This document shows positions 1 through 12,810 of a DNA stretch of 64,000 bases, one piece after another. The notes under the pieces are model-generated. The model did not search any database, was not told the DNA's origin, and was given only the letters and a program-made list of their open reading frames with translations. Within the stretch, counting starts at the first letter, position 1. Every line of letters begins with the position of its first letter. This DNA is from an uncultured Sulfurovum sp. (GTDB lineage Bacteria; Campylobacterota; Campylobacteria; Campylobacterales; Sulfurovaceae): assembly GCA_913055205.1 (NCBI GenBank), contig CAJXJN010000007.1, positions 11,294 to 75,293 on the forward strand, written 5' to 3'. The translations under genes were made by a program, and so were the position numbers.

Positions 1-3053
<3,053 letters not shown>

Positions 3054-3055
3054 AA

Positions 3056-3892
3056 ATGAAGATACAATTAGCATCGAGTTATGGATTTTGTTTTGGTGTA
3101 AAACGTGCGATTAAAATAGCCGAAGAGCATAAAGGCAGTAAAACCTACGGCCCTCTTATTCATAATAAAGATGAGATCAACCGCCTTAAAGAGGGGTTTA
3201 ACATAGGACTGGCTGAAAAATTTGAAGATGTTGCTCCTGATGATGCTGTTGTGATCCGTACACACGGTATCCCCAAAGATGAACTTACAAAGCTGAAAGC
3301 ACAGGAAAACAGTATTATAGATGCAACATGTCCCTATGTGACCACACCACAGAACATCGTGGCTAAAATGAGTGAAGATGGGTATAGCATTGTGATCTTC
3401 GGTGATAAGAATCACCCTGAGATCAAGGGGGTTGTAAGTTATGCGAAAGATCTGAGAAATGCGTTCATTGTAGAAGATGAAAAAGCATTAGAAGGACTGC
3501 CGATACTCTCTAAAGTAGCACTGGTCGCACAAACCACAAGAAAACCGGAAGATTTTTTAAAGATAGTCAATGCTCTTATCCTTACACATAAAGAGGTAAG
3601 AGTGTTCAATACCATCTGTAATGCCACATTTGAAAATCAGGATGCAGCGGCAGAGCTTGCGAAAGATGCAGATGTAATGATCGTTATAGGCGGGAAACAC
3701 TCTTCCAATACCAAGCAGTTGCATTCTATCTGTAAAAGTTATTGTGAGACGAGCTATCTGATAGAGAATGAAAAAGAGCTCCAACCGGAATGGTTCGAAG
3801 GTAAAGAACTTTGCGGTATCTCTGCGGGTGCCTCTACACCAGACTGGATCGTACAGAATGTGATCAATGAGATCCAAGAGATAAAAAAATAG
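3056..3892 (+). CDS. ispH: 4-hydroxy-3-methylbut-2-enyl diphosphate reductase
   Basis: [31 protein letters not shown] motifs. Confidence 0.97.
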   Translation: MKIQLASSYGFCFGVKRAIKIAEEHKGSKTYGPLIHNKDEINRLKEGFNIGLAEKFEDVAPDDAVVIRTHGIPKDELTKLKAQENSIIDATCPYVTTPQNIVAKMSEDGYSIVIFGDKNHPEIKGVVSYAKDLRNAFIVEDEKALEGLPILSKVALVAQTTRKPEDFLKIVNALILTHKEVRVFNTICNATFENQDAAAELAKDADVMIVIGGKHSSNTKQLHSICKSYCETSYLIENEKELQPEWFEGKELCGISAGASTPDWIVQNVINEIQEIKK

Positions 3893-3902
3893 AGTTGAAA
3901 GC

Positions 3903-5183
3903 ATGAATACTTTAACACTGAAACCTATCAGAAAAATAGAGGGAGAGATCAATCTTCCAGGCTCTAAGAGCCTTTCTAACAGAGCATTGCTGCTTGCAGC
4001 ACTTGCAGAAGGTACAACAGAGATAACAAATCTTCTTGACAGTGATGATACCAGACATATGTTGAATGCATTGAAGCAGCTTGGTATTGAGTACATACTC
4101 TCTGAAGATAGAACACGGTGTAAAGTTGTAGGAAATGCCGGACCTATAGGCAGTGAAAAAATGCAGGAACTGTTTTTAGGAAATGCCGGCACTGCAATGC
4201 GTCCGCTCTGTGCAGCATTGTGTTTGGGACAAGGTACCTATCTGCTTACAGGTGAACCTCGTATGAAAGAGAGACCCATAGGGCATTTGGTGGATGCTTT
4301 GAGAGAAGCGGGTGCAAAGATCACCTATAAAGAGAATAAAGGGTATCCGCCGCTTGAGATAGAAGCAAATGGTTTGAGAGGTGGTGAAGTAAAGATAGAA
4401 GGTAGCATTTCAAGTCAGTTCTTGACAGCACTACTGCTTGCTGCACCTATGTCGAAAGAAGATATGACTATAACCATCATAGGTGAACTGGTTTCCAAGC
4501 CTTACATAGATATTACATTGCATATTATGAAAACTTTTGGAGTGGAGGTTGTAAATAAAAATTATAAAACCTTCCATATCAAAGGGGGACAGACCTATAA
4601 AGCAGTGGATTCTTTTATGGTTGAGGGAGATGCCTCTTCCGCTTCCTATTTTCTGGCTGCAGCTGCTATAAAAGGCGGGACGGTTAAAGTGACAGGTATA
4701 GGTAAAAAGAGTATCCAAGGAGATATACAGTTTGTTGATGTACTTGAAAAGATGGGCGCAATTGTAGAGTGGGGTGATGATTTTGTTTCTGTGACAAGGG
4801 GTGAACTCCATGGTATCGATATGGATTTTAACCATATCCCTGATGCTGCGATGACCATTGCTACTACAGCTCTTTTTGCCAAAGGTAAAACAATACTGAG
4901 GAATATCTATAATTGGCGCGTGAAAGAGACAGACAGACTGTTTGCCATGGCAACAGAGCTTAGAAAAGTAGGTGCTGAAGTAGTGGAGGGAGAAGATTAT
5001 CTGGAAATCACACCTCCGGAACAGCTTAAACATGCAGCTATAGATACCTATGATGACCACAGAATGGCAATGTGTTTCTCTCTTTTAGCGCTGGATCCTG
5101 TTTCTGTTACTATTAATGAACCTGAATGTACCGCTAAAACGTTTCCTACGTACTTTGAAGTGCTTGAAAGTATTTCTTCGTAA
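3903..5183 (+). CDS. aroA: 3-phosphoshikimate 1-carboxyvinyltransferase (EPSP synthase), class I type
   Basis: [58 protein letters not shown]. Confidence 0.97.
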   Translation: MNTLTLKPIRKIEGEINLPGSKSLSNRALLLAALAEGTTEITNLLDSDDTRHMLNALKQLGIEYILSEDRTRCKVVGNAGPIGSEKMQELFLGNAGTAMRPLCAALCLGQGTYLLTGEPRMKERPIGHLVDALREAGAKITYKENKGYPPLEIEANGLRGGEVKIEGSISSQFLTALLLAAPMSKEDMTITIIGELVSKPYIDITLHIMKTFGVEVVNKNYKTFHIKGGQTYKAVDSFMVEGDASSASYFLAAAAIKGGTVKVTGIGKKSIQGDIQFVDVLEKMGAIVEWGDDFVSVTRGELHGIDMDFNHIPDAAMTIATTALFAKGKTILRNIYNWRVKETDRLFAMATELRKVGAEVVEGEDYLEITPPEQLKHAAIDTYDDHRMAMCFSLLALDPVSVTINEPECTAKTFPTYFEVLESISS

Positions 5184-5212
5184 GTCTTTATTATCATTTT
5201 ATTTTCTAATAT

Positions 5213-5319
5213 CCGTCATCCTCGTGCATGACACGGGGATCCGAACTTGATATACAGTGTTACTTTAATATTTTTTGAAGTTTAAATTCCAGATCCCAGA
5301 TCAGAGTCGGGAATAATGG
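5213..5319. repeat. CGTC-tagged REP-like composite palindrome, copy 1
   Basis: cgtcATCCTCGTGcatgaCACGGGGATcc hairpin plus a second tcccagatcagagtcggga hairpin ending ataatgg; related copies at 30982, 43375, 44955. Confidence 0.65.
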
Positions 5320-5602
5320 AAATGTCAGTTTTTTGGCGGAATTGTTGTTGGGATTATATTCATATTGAATTGTAGATAGGGAAACAAATTCAGGATGATG
5401 TATGAATGTATGGTCTGATTTTTACATTTTCTTCCAAAATAATTTAAAAAAATAATTATGAAAACTTAAAAATAACTAATTTTATAAATCTTTTGATAAA
5501 GAATACTTAGTGTGAGCGTTGATTACTAGGCTTTGTTTAGTAAGCATTTTTATAAAAAAAAAGAGTATAATAACGCAAAATTAGGCACACATAAGGATAG
5601 GT

Positions 5603-7255
5603 ATGAAGTTCGAAGATATCGAAATAGAAGAAGTAGATTTTGAGGCGATGCTCGAGGAATCGTTTAAAAAGTCAGAATCAAAAAGTGATTTAGTTACAGG
5701 TACTATTGTTAAGATAGATGAAAAAGAAGGTCAGGCGATCGTTGATATCGGTGGTGGCAGAGATGCAAACCTTTCTCTTGAAGAGATCAAAGATGAAGAA
5801 GGTAATATTACGTTTAAAGAGGGTGACACTATTGATGTAGTCACTATGGGCAGAGGCCGTATATCTCACACAGCAGCACTCAGCAGAGCGGCACTTAACG
5901 AATTTATTGCTGAGTATGACGAAGATCAAGAGTACATCATTGAAGGTATAGTTACTAAGAAAAACAAAGGTGGCTATGTTGTTGAGGTAGATGTTTTAGA
6001 ATTCTTTATGCCACGTACACTCTCTTATCTCTCTTCAAAAGTAGACCCTATAGGGAAAAAAGTTAAAGCAGTTATCGTTAAAGTAGATAAAGAGAAAGGT
6101 TCTGTAGTTGTTTCAAGAAAAGAACTTATTGAACGTGATAAAGCGAAAACAGATGAGATCGTTGCTAGACTTCTTGAAAATAAAGAGCCTGTGATTGGTA
6201 CGATCAAGAAGATCACTTCTTACGGTATGTTTGTAGATGTTGGCGGTATGGATGGTCTTGTTCATTACTCACAGATCTCTCATAAAGGGCCTGTAAACCC
6301 TTCAAAATATTTCCAAGAGGGTGATGAAGTAAATGTTATCGCTTTAGATTATGATAAAAAGAAAAGACATCTTTCTCTCTCTATCAAAGATGCAAATCCT
6401 GATCCTTGGGCTGATATCGATGCGATCATCGGTGTAGGAGATACAGTAACAGCAACAGTAAGTAATATAGAACCTTATGGTGTATTTGTGGATCTTGGTG
6501 AAGATCTTGAAGCCTTCCTTCATGTGTCTGAAATCTCTTGGGACAAAAATGTGAAACATCCAAAAGATTACCTCGAAAACAATGAAGAGATCAATGTTGA
6601 AGTGATCGAGATCGATAAAGAGGGTAGAAGACTTAGAGTAAGTCTTAAAAACCTTCTTCCTAAACCAATGGATGCATTTACAGCTGAAAACAGAGTAGGT
6701 GATGTTGTAACCGGTACAGTAACATCTATCACTGATTTCGGTGCATTTGTAAGAGTAGGTTCTGTAGAAGGTCTTCTTCATAACCAAGAGATCTCTTGGG
6801 ATAAATCAAAAAATGCAAAATCTGAACTCAAAGTAGGTGATGAAGTTGAAGTGAAGATCATCAAGATCGATAGAGATGCAGGAAAAATCTCATTGAGTAA
6901 AAAAGCACTTGAAGATTCACCTGTAAAAGCATTTGCTCAAACGCATAAAAATGGTTCTATCGTAACCGGTACAGTAAAAGACAAAAAAGACTTTGGTGTA
7001 TTCATTGCACTTGAAGACAATGTGGATGCACTTATCAGAACAGAAGATCTTCACCCGCTTAAATTTGATGAGATCGAAAAAGGTCAAGAGATCAAAGGTG
7101 TGATCAGCTTTATCGATGCCAACAGCGACAGAATCAGAGTTTCTGTAAAAAGACTTGAGCGTCAAGAAGAGAGAGAAGCGATGGAGCAACTTAACTTGGA
7201 CCAAGATGATAGCATGACTTTAGGTGATGCATTTGGCGATAAATTTAAAAAATAA
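5603..7255 (+). CDS. rpsA: 30S ribosomal protein S1
   Basis: Repeated S1 domains (YGMFVDVGGMDGLVH, YGVFVDL, FGAFVRVG, FGVFIAL); AAGGA RBS. Confidence 0.96.
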   Translation: MKFEDIEIEEVDFEAMLEESFKKSESKSDLVTGTIVKIDEKEGQAIVDIGGGRDANLSLEEIKDEEGNITFKEGDTIDVVTMGRGRISHTAALSRAALNEFIAEYDEDQEYIIEGIVTKKNKGGYVVEVDVLEFFMPRTLSYLSSKVDPIGKKVKAVIVKVDKEKGSVVVSRKELIERDKAKTDEIVARLLENKEPVIGTIKKITSYGMFVDVGGMDGLVHYSQISHKGPVNPSKYFQEGDEVNVIALDYDKKKRHLSLSIKDANPDPWADIDAIIGVGDTVTATVSNIEPYGVFVDLGEDLEAFLHVSEISWDKNVKHPKDYLENNEEINVEVIEIDKEGRRLRVSLKNLLPKPMDAFTAENRVGDVVTGTVTSITDFGAFVRVGSVEGLLHNQEISWDKSKNAKSELKVGDEVEVKIIKIDRDAGKISLSKKALEDSPVKAFAQTHKNGSIVTGTVKDKKDFGVFIALEDNVDALIRTEDLHPLKFDEIEKGQEIKGVISFIDANSDRIRVSVKRLERQEEREAMEQLNLDQDDSMTLGDAFGDKFKK

Positions 7256-7264
7256 AGGCTATTG

Positions 7265-8854
7265 ATGTCAAAAAAGACGATTGTTGTTTGTGATCATATA
7301 CACCAAAGTGGATTGGACATCCTTGCAAATGATAGTGAAATAGAACTTATAAATGCAGCAGATGAGCCTAAAGATAAGCTCATTGCTGAGATTATTCCTT
7401 TAGCAGATGTGGCTATTACCCGTTCTTCTACGGATGTAGATGATGCGTTTTTGGCTGCGGCTAAAAAAATCACAGCTGTTGTACGTGCAGGTGTGGGTGT
7501 AGATAATGTAGATATCCCTGGTTCGAGTAAGCAGGGGATTGTTATCATGAATGTTCCTACTGCTAACACTATTGCAGCAGTAGAACTTACCATGACACAT
7601 ATGCTTTCCTGTGCAAGAACATTTCCTTATGCACACAATAACCTCAAGCTTGACCGTGTATGGAGAAGACAAGACTGGTATGGAACTGAACTTAAAGATA
7701 AAAAGCTTGGTATTATCGGTTTTGGTAACATTGGTTCAAGAGTAGGAAAAAGAGCAAAAGCTTTTGAAATGGATGTACTTGCTTATGATCCATACATTGA
7801 TCCAAGTAAGGCAACCGATCTTGATATAGCTTACACAAAAAACTTTGAAGATATCTTGGCATGTGATATTATCACTATCCATACTCCAAAAACTGAAGAG
7901 ACTATCGGTATGATAGGGGCTGAAGAGATTGCTAAGATGAAAGATGGTGTCATACTCATTAACTGTGCCAGAGGTGGTTTGTATGATGAAGATGCACTTC
8001 TTGAAGGTTTGAAGTCAGGGAAGATAGCAATGGCAGGTATCGATGTATTTAACAAAGAACCGGCTACAGATCATCCTCTGCTTGATCTTGATAATGTAAC
8101 AGTGACACCACATCTTGGTGCCAATACAAAAGAGTCACAACGTAATATTGCGATTCAAGCAGCAGAAAATGCAATAGCAGCAGCAAAAGGTATTGCATAT
8201 CCTAATGCGCTTAATTTACCTATTAAAGAGAATGAATTACCTGATTTTGTAAGACCATACCTTGAACTTATTCAAAAGATGGGACACTTATCTGCGCAGA
8301 TCACAAGAAGTGCCGTAAAGTCTATCAAAGTAACTGCAAAAGGACCTGTGGCTGACTATATTGAGTCTATGCTGACATTTGCCACTGTGGGAGTACTTAC
8401 AGAGTCTTTGGCAGATCAAGTGAATTATGTGAATGCTGAGTTTGTTGCCGAAGAACGTGGTATAGAACTTAACAAAGAAGTAAAACCAAATATAAGTGGT
8501 TTTACGAATAAAGTGGCTATAAAACTCACTACTGCAGAGAGTACGATCAGAATAGCAGGTACAGTATTTGATGATACCGTTCAACGTATTATCGAAATAG
8601 ATGACTATATTCTGGATGTTGAACCAAAAGGAACTATGATCTTCTTTAGAAACACAGACACACCGGGTGTGATAGGTGATGTAGGCAAGATCATGGCAGA
8701 AAATGATCTTAATATCTCTGACTTTAGATTAGGAAGGGACAGTAAACAGCAAGCCTTGGCGGTCGTACGTGTAGACGGACAGATCTTTAAAAAAGTGCTT
8801 GATGAACTCTCATCACTGGAAGCATGCATTAGCGTAGCTCACGCAACACTTTAA
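7265..8854 (+). CDS. serA: D-3-phosphoglycerate dehydrogenase with C-terminal ACT domain
   Basis: RAGVGVDNVD, GIIGFGNIG, NCARGG, TPHLGANT, ACT motif DTPGVIG. Confidence 0.96.
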   Translation: MSKKTIVVCDHIHQSGLDILANDSEIELINAADEPKDKLIAEIIPLADVAITRSSTDVDDAFLAAAKKITAVVRAGVGVDNVDIPGSSKQGIVIMNVPTANTIAAVELTMTHMLSCARTFPYAHNNLKLDRVWRRQDWYGTELKDKKLGIIGFGNIGSRVGKRAKAFEMDVLAYDPYIDPSKATDLDIAYTKNFEDILACDIITIHTPKTEETIGMIGAEEIAKMKDGVILINCARGGLYDEDALLEGLKSGKIAMAGIDVFNKEPATDHPLLDLDNVTVTPHLGANTKESQRNIAIQAAENAIAAAKGIAYPNALNLPIKENELPDFVRPYLELIQKMGHLSAQITRSAVKSIKVTAKGPVADYIESMLTFATVGVLTESLADQVNYVNAEFVAEERGIELNKEVKPNISGFTNKVAIKLTTAESTIRIAGTVFDDTVQRIIEIDDYILDVEPKGTMIFFRNTDTPGVIGDVGKIMAENDLNISDFRLGRDSKQQALAVVRVDGQIFKKVLDELSSLEACISVAHATL

Positions 8855-9047
8855 GTTAACTTCTTTTCGTGGGTACGCTTACCCGCGATACAGTTCACTA
8901 TTTTAAATATTCAAAAAATTGATACAAACATTAATTTTTAATCATTAAATTAAATTCAATTAGATATAATCGCGAGTATATTGCTATAGCGCCATGTTAT
9001 GCTATATCTTTCGCTATAATAAATATTTATATCAGGAGTTTACGATC

Positions 9048-10406
9048 ATGTTTATCAAAAGAATCCTTCTTTTAGTGCTCATATCATTGCCGCTTGTTGC
9101 AAATGTAAAGCATTTAAGTCTTCATCATGCTATTGAAATATTAAAAAAAGACAACTTAGAACTTAAAATATCCCGTTTTAATGAGCAGATGAAAAAGTAT
9201 GAAGCAAAAGTTGCAAAAGGGTTGAACTACGGTAAGCTCGATGTAACGGTCATGGGTATGCGTTCCAATGATGCGGGGAATGTATTTGGATTTAAGTTGC
9301 AAAGCAGGGAAGCAACTTTTGGTGATTTTGGTTTTTCCGAATTTGATGGAACAAATCCAAATATATTAAATGTACAACCTACAGACTTAAATTATCCAGA
9401 AGCAAGAAATCATTTTCAAACAAAGTTCTCTTATATGCTTCCACTCTATACCGGAGGGAAATTGACTGAGTATGGACATATTACAGAATCTTTATATCGT
9501 ATGAGCCAGTTTGATACAGAAAAACTTCTTAATGAAAAGATCTTTCAAACGAAGAAAGCATTTTATGATATCTCATTGGTGGAAAACTATATTACCAATC
9601 TTTCAAAAATTATTCATAATATCAATAAGCTGGAATCGATCGTTAGAAATATGAAGAAAGAGGGATATGCAAAAGATATTGATCTTCTTGAGGTACAGGC
9701 CCGTAAAGCTGAAGCGCAAAGTATGTACAATCAGGCAAAACTGAACAAAGATCTTGCATATCAATTTCTTTCTTTTCTACTCAATACAGACGTAGTTTCT
9801 ATTAAACATATGCATGATATGGCACCTATGCCTCATATTAGCAAGCAAGAGCTTGAAGCGAATAATATTGACATACAAAAAGCACAATTGGGGTTACAGA
9901 TTACAAAGATGGCAGTCAATGCTGAAAAAGCAAATTTTCTTCCGGAAGTAGGAGCATTTGCTGAGTATGGCAGTGCTGATGACAACTTGTGGAATGAATT
10001 TCTTGAAAAAGATTCTTATACCGTTGGAGTACAAGTAAAGTGGAATATCTTCAATGGTGGAGTTGATGCTGCGAATCTGGAAAAAGCAAAAGTCAATTAT
10101 ATGCTGGTACAGGATCAAGTTAAATTGGCTAAAAAAGGGATAGCGTTAAAAGCAAAAAAACTTAAAACTGAAGTGTTAAGTGCAAATGCAGATATCCAAA
10201 GTTATAAAAAACAGTTAAGGTTTGCACGAAAAGTGTATGAGAATTATCGTGCACGATATAAAGAAGGAATGGTTTCTATCTCCGATGTACTTATAAAACA
10301 GTCAAAAGAGCTTGAAATGTTGTTGAAACTTTTAACGGCAAAGAATAAACGCAATACAAAAATATTTGAACTTGACAGTATTTTAAACAGAGGAGAAAAA
10401 GTATGA
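9048..10406 (+). CDS. TolC-family outer membrane efflux protein
   Basis: Signal peptide from ATG 9048 (AGGAG RBS); OEP repeats (PLYTGG, WNIFNGG); upstream of MFP and RND genes. Confidence 0.85.
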   Translation: MFIKRILLLVLISLPLVANVKHLSLHHAIEILKKDNLELKISRFNEQMKKYEAKVAKGLNYGKLDVTVMGMRSNDAGNVFGFKLQSREATFGDFGFSEFDGTNPNILNVQPTDLNYPEARNHFQTKFSYMLPLYTGGKLTEYGHITESLYRMSQFDTEKLLNEKIFQTKKAFYDISLVENYITNLSKIIHNINKLESIVRNMKKEGYAKDIDLLEVQARKAEAQSMYNQAKLNKDLAYQFLSFLLNTDVVSIKHMHDMAPMPHISKQELEANNIDIQKAQLGLQITKMAVNAEKANFLPEVGAFAEYGSADDNLWNEFLEKDSYTVGVQVKWNIFNGGVDAANLEKAKVNYMLVQDQVKLAKKGIALKAKKLKTEVLSANADIQSYKKQLRFARKVYENYRARYKEGMVSISDVLIKQSKELEMLLKLLTAKNKRNTKIFELDSILNRGEKV

Positions 10407-11200
10407 AGAAAATTATAATATTAATGGCAGTGGCATTCCTGACAACAGTAAGTGCGATAGAAATAAACTTAAGCGGTTCTGTCGTTTCAGATAACCAAAA
10501 GATGATGACAAGCCGTTATATGGGATTTGTAAAAAATATGGCGGTAAGTGAAGGTGATATTGTTAAAAAAGGGCAGTTGCTTTATGAGATCGACTCTAAA
10601 GAGATAGAATCGGCAGAAAGACAGGTTGATCTTGCCATTTCTCAAGCAAGACTTGCCCTGCAAATGAATAAAAATCAGCTCAATAATGTTCTTGTAAATC
10701 TTGCAAGACATAAAAGGCTCTATGCGAAAAAAATGGTTTCAAAATATGAATTGGAAAATCTTCAACTTGCTGCAAAAAATTTAAAAGATATGGTTGAAAT
10801 TGCCCAAAAACAAGTCAATCAGGCATTAGCAAAGAAAGAAGAGGTATTGAACCAATATAACTATCTTAGGATAGAGGCACCCAATGATGGTGTGATCGTA
10901 GCTAAAAAAGTCAATGAGGGTGAAATGGCTATCCCTGGTATGCCGGCAGTTATTCTTACGGATCTAAGTAAATTGAAGATTGTTGCAGAGATCTCTGAAA
11001 CACAACTCAAATATATTAATTTGGGTAAAAAAGTAGATGTTGAGATACCATCTATGGGTTTTGTCACTACAGGCACGATCACCTCTATAATTCCTAGTTC
11101 AAACCCAATGACACATAAGTTTAAAATTAAAATAAAATTTGACCTTCAAGGTCGTTCTGTTTATCCTGGTATGTATGCCAAAATCTTGATTAGGTCATAA
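10403..11200 (+). CDS. RND efflux membrane fusion (periplasmic adaptor) protein
   Basis: Lipoyl-like halves (VSEGDIVKKGQLL; IEAPNDGVI), coiled-coil hairpin, PGMYAK C-terminus. Confidence 0.9.
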   Translation: MKKIIILMAVAFLTTVSAIEINLSGSVVSDNQKMMTSRYMGFVKNMAVSEGDIVKKGQLLYEIDSKEIESAERQVDLAISQARLALQMNKNQLNNVLVNLARHKRLYAKKMVSKYELENLQLAAKNLKDMVEIAQKQVNQALAKKEEVLNQYNYLRIEAPNDGVIVAKKVNEGEMAIPGMPAVILTDLSKLKIVAEISETQLKYINLGKKVDVEIPSMGFVTTGTITSIIPSSNPMTHKFKIKIKFDLQGRSVYPGMYAKILIRS

Positions 11201-12810
11201 TGATGGAAGAAAAAAAAGAGTATCAAGTAACGGATTATGCAGGTAAATTAGCAAAAGGTTTTTTACGAAATCCTCTTACGGCAGTGTTAGGTGCTTTTTT
11301 GCTCATTATGGGCTATCTTGCACTTAATGTCATGCCCAGAGAAGAAGATCCTCAGATCGCTATCTCAGGGGGAGCAGTCATAGTAGCCATGCCGGGAGCA
11401 TCTCCCAGAGAGATAGAAAACATCATTGTAAATCCTCTGGAAAGAAAGCTTCGTGAGGTGAAGGGGATAGAACATGTTTATGGTATGGCCATGGACAATG
11501 TGGGGATCGTGAACGTTATGTATTATATTGGTGAAGATAGAGAAGATTCAAATTTGAAACTCTATGACAAGGTCATGCAGAACATGGATAAAATGCCAAA
11601 AGGAGTGATGCAGCCTCTGATCAAACCATTTGATATTGATATTGATATCCCTATCATTACAGTGGCATTCTATCCAAAAAATGGAAGCAAAGTGGATGAT
11701 ATTGCACTTTTTGAAATGGTACGTAAAGTACAACAAGAACTCAACGCAGTTGATAATGTAGCGAAAACAACACTTCAAGGGGCAAGAAAAGCACAGTACA
11801 ATATTGAAGTAGATATGGGTAAACTTTCAGCCTATCATCTCTCTTTAGGGCAAATTATGCAGTCCGTACAGTCCGTAGCAGTGGATGTACCGGATGTCAA
11901 AGGAAGAACCAGAGACAATAAACTGGTTATTTTTGGTATAAAAAATGCCATAGAGAGTGTAGATGATGTAGGCAGTGTTATTGTTGCCCAATATATGGGG
12001 TCACCGATCTATCTGAGAGATGTTGCCTCTGTGACAGAAGGTGTGGATATTCAAAACTTTCAAACAGCAAAAATTCGTTTCAAGGAAGATGAAAACAGCA
12101 CAAAGCTAAGTAAAGAAAAGAGTCAGATCACACTTACAGTAGCGAAACTTGCAGGAACGAATGCCGTATTCGTAGCGGAAGATGTTCTGGAAGTTCTCAA
12201 AGAACATGAGAAAGAGTTTGCAGATGCAGGTGTCGGTTATCTGATCACACGTAACTATGGAGAGAGAGCGAATGAAGCGGTCAATGAGTTGATGCAACAC
12301 TTGGTGATCACTATTATAATCATTGCCCTTATGCTTGTATTTGCTTTAGGGTGGAAAGAGTCTCTTATCGTTACTTTTACTGTACCTGCTATTTTGGCCA
12401 TTACACTGTTTATTGCTTATCTTTCCGGACAGACGATCAATAGGATCACACTTTTTGCTTTCCTTCTCTCTTTGGGGTTACTCGTGGATGCAGCTATCAT
12501 TGTGATCGAAAATATTCACAGGCATCTGCATAGTCACGGCATTGAAGATAAAGAGATGGATGAACTGCTTGTAGAAGCAACTGATGAGATCGGTGCACCG
12601 ACCAATATCGCAACACTTGCGATCATCTTGACCATGGTACCTATGGCATTTGTCGGAGGGATGATGGGGTCATTCATGAAACCGATTCCATATAATGTAC
12701 CTGTTGCATTGATCGCTTCTCTCTTTGTAGCGTATATCTTTACACCATATTTAAGCTTGAAACTGTTAAAAAAACCTGAACATGGACATCATCAAAAGGA
12801 GGCTAAATAA
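11200..12810 (+). CDS. RND permease, N-terminal half protein
   Basis: TM1, PREEDPQI, PGASPREIE, LGLLVDAAIIVIENI; 536 aa, about half an AcrB. Confidence 0.88.
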   Translation: MMEEKKEYQVTDYAGKLAKGFLRNPLTAVLGAFLLIMGYLALNVMPREEDPQIAISGGAVIVAMPGASPREIENIIVNPLERKLREVKGIEHVYGMAMDNVGIVNVMYYIGEDREDSNLKLYDKVMQNMDKMPKGVMQPLIKPFDIDIDIPIITVAFYPKNGSKVDDIALFEMVRKVQQELNAVDNVAKTTLQGARKAQYNIEVDMGKLSAYHLSLGQIMQSVQSVAVDVPDVKGRTRDNKLVIFGIKNAIESVDDVGSVIVAQYMGSPIYLRDVASVTEGVDIQNFQTAKIRFKEDENSTKLSKEKSQITLTVAKLAGTNAVFVAEDVLEVLKEHEKEFADAGVGYLITRNYGERANEAVNELMQHLVITIIIIALMLVFALGWKESLIVTFTVPAILAITLFIAYLSGQTINRITLFAFLLSLGLLVDAAIIVIENIHRHLHSHGIEDKEMDELLVEATDEIGAPTNIATLAIILTMVPMAFVGGMMGSFMKPIPYNVPVALIASLFVAYIFTPYLSLKLLKKPEHGHHQKEAK

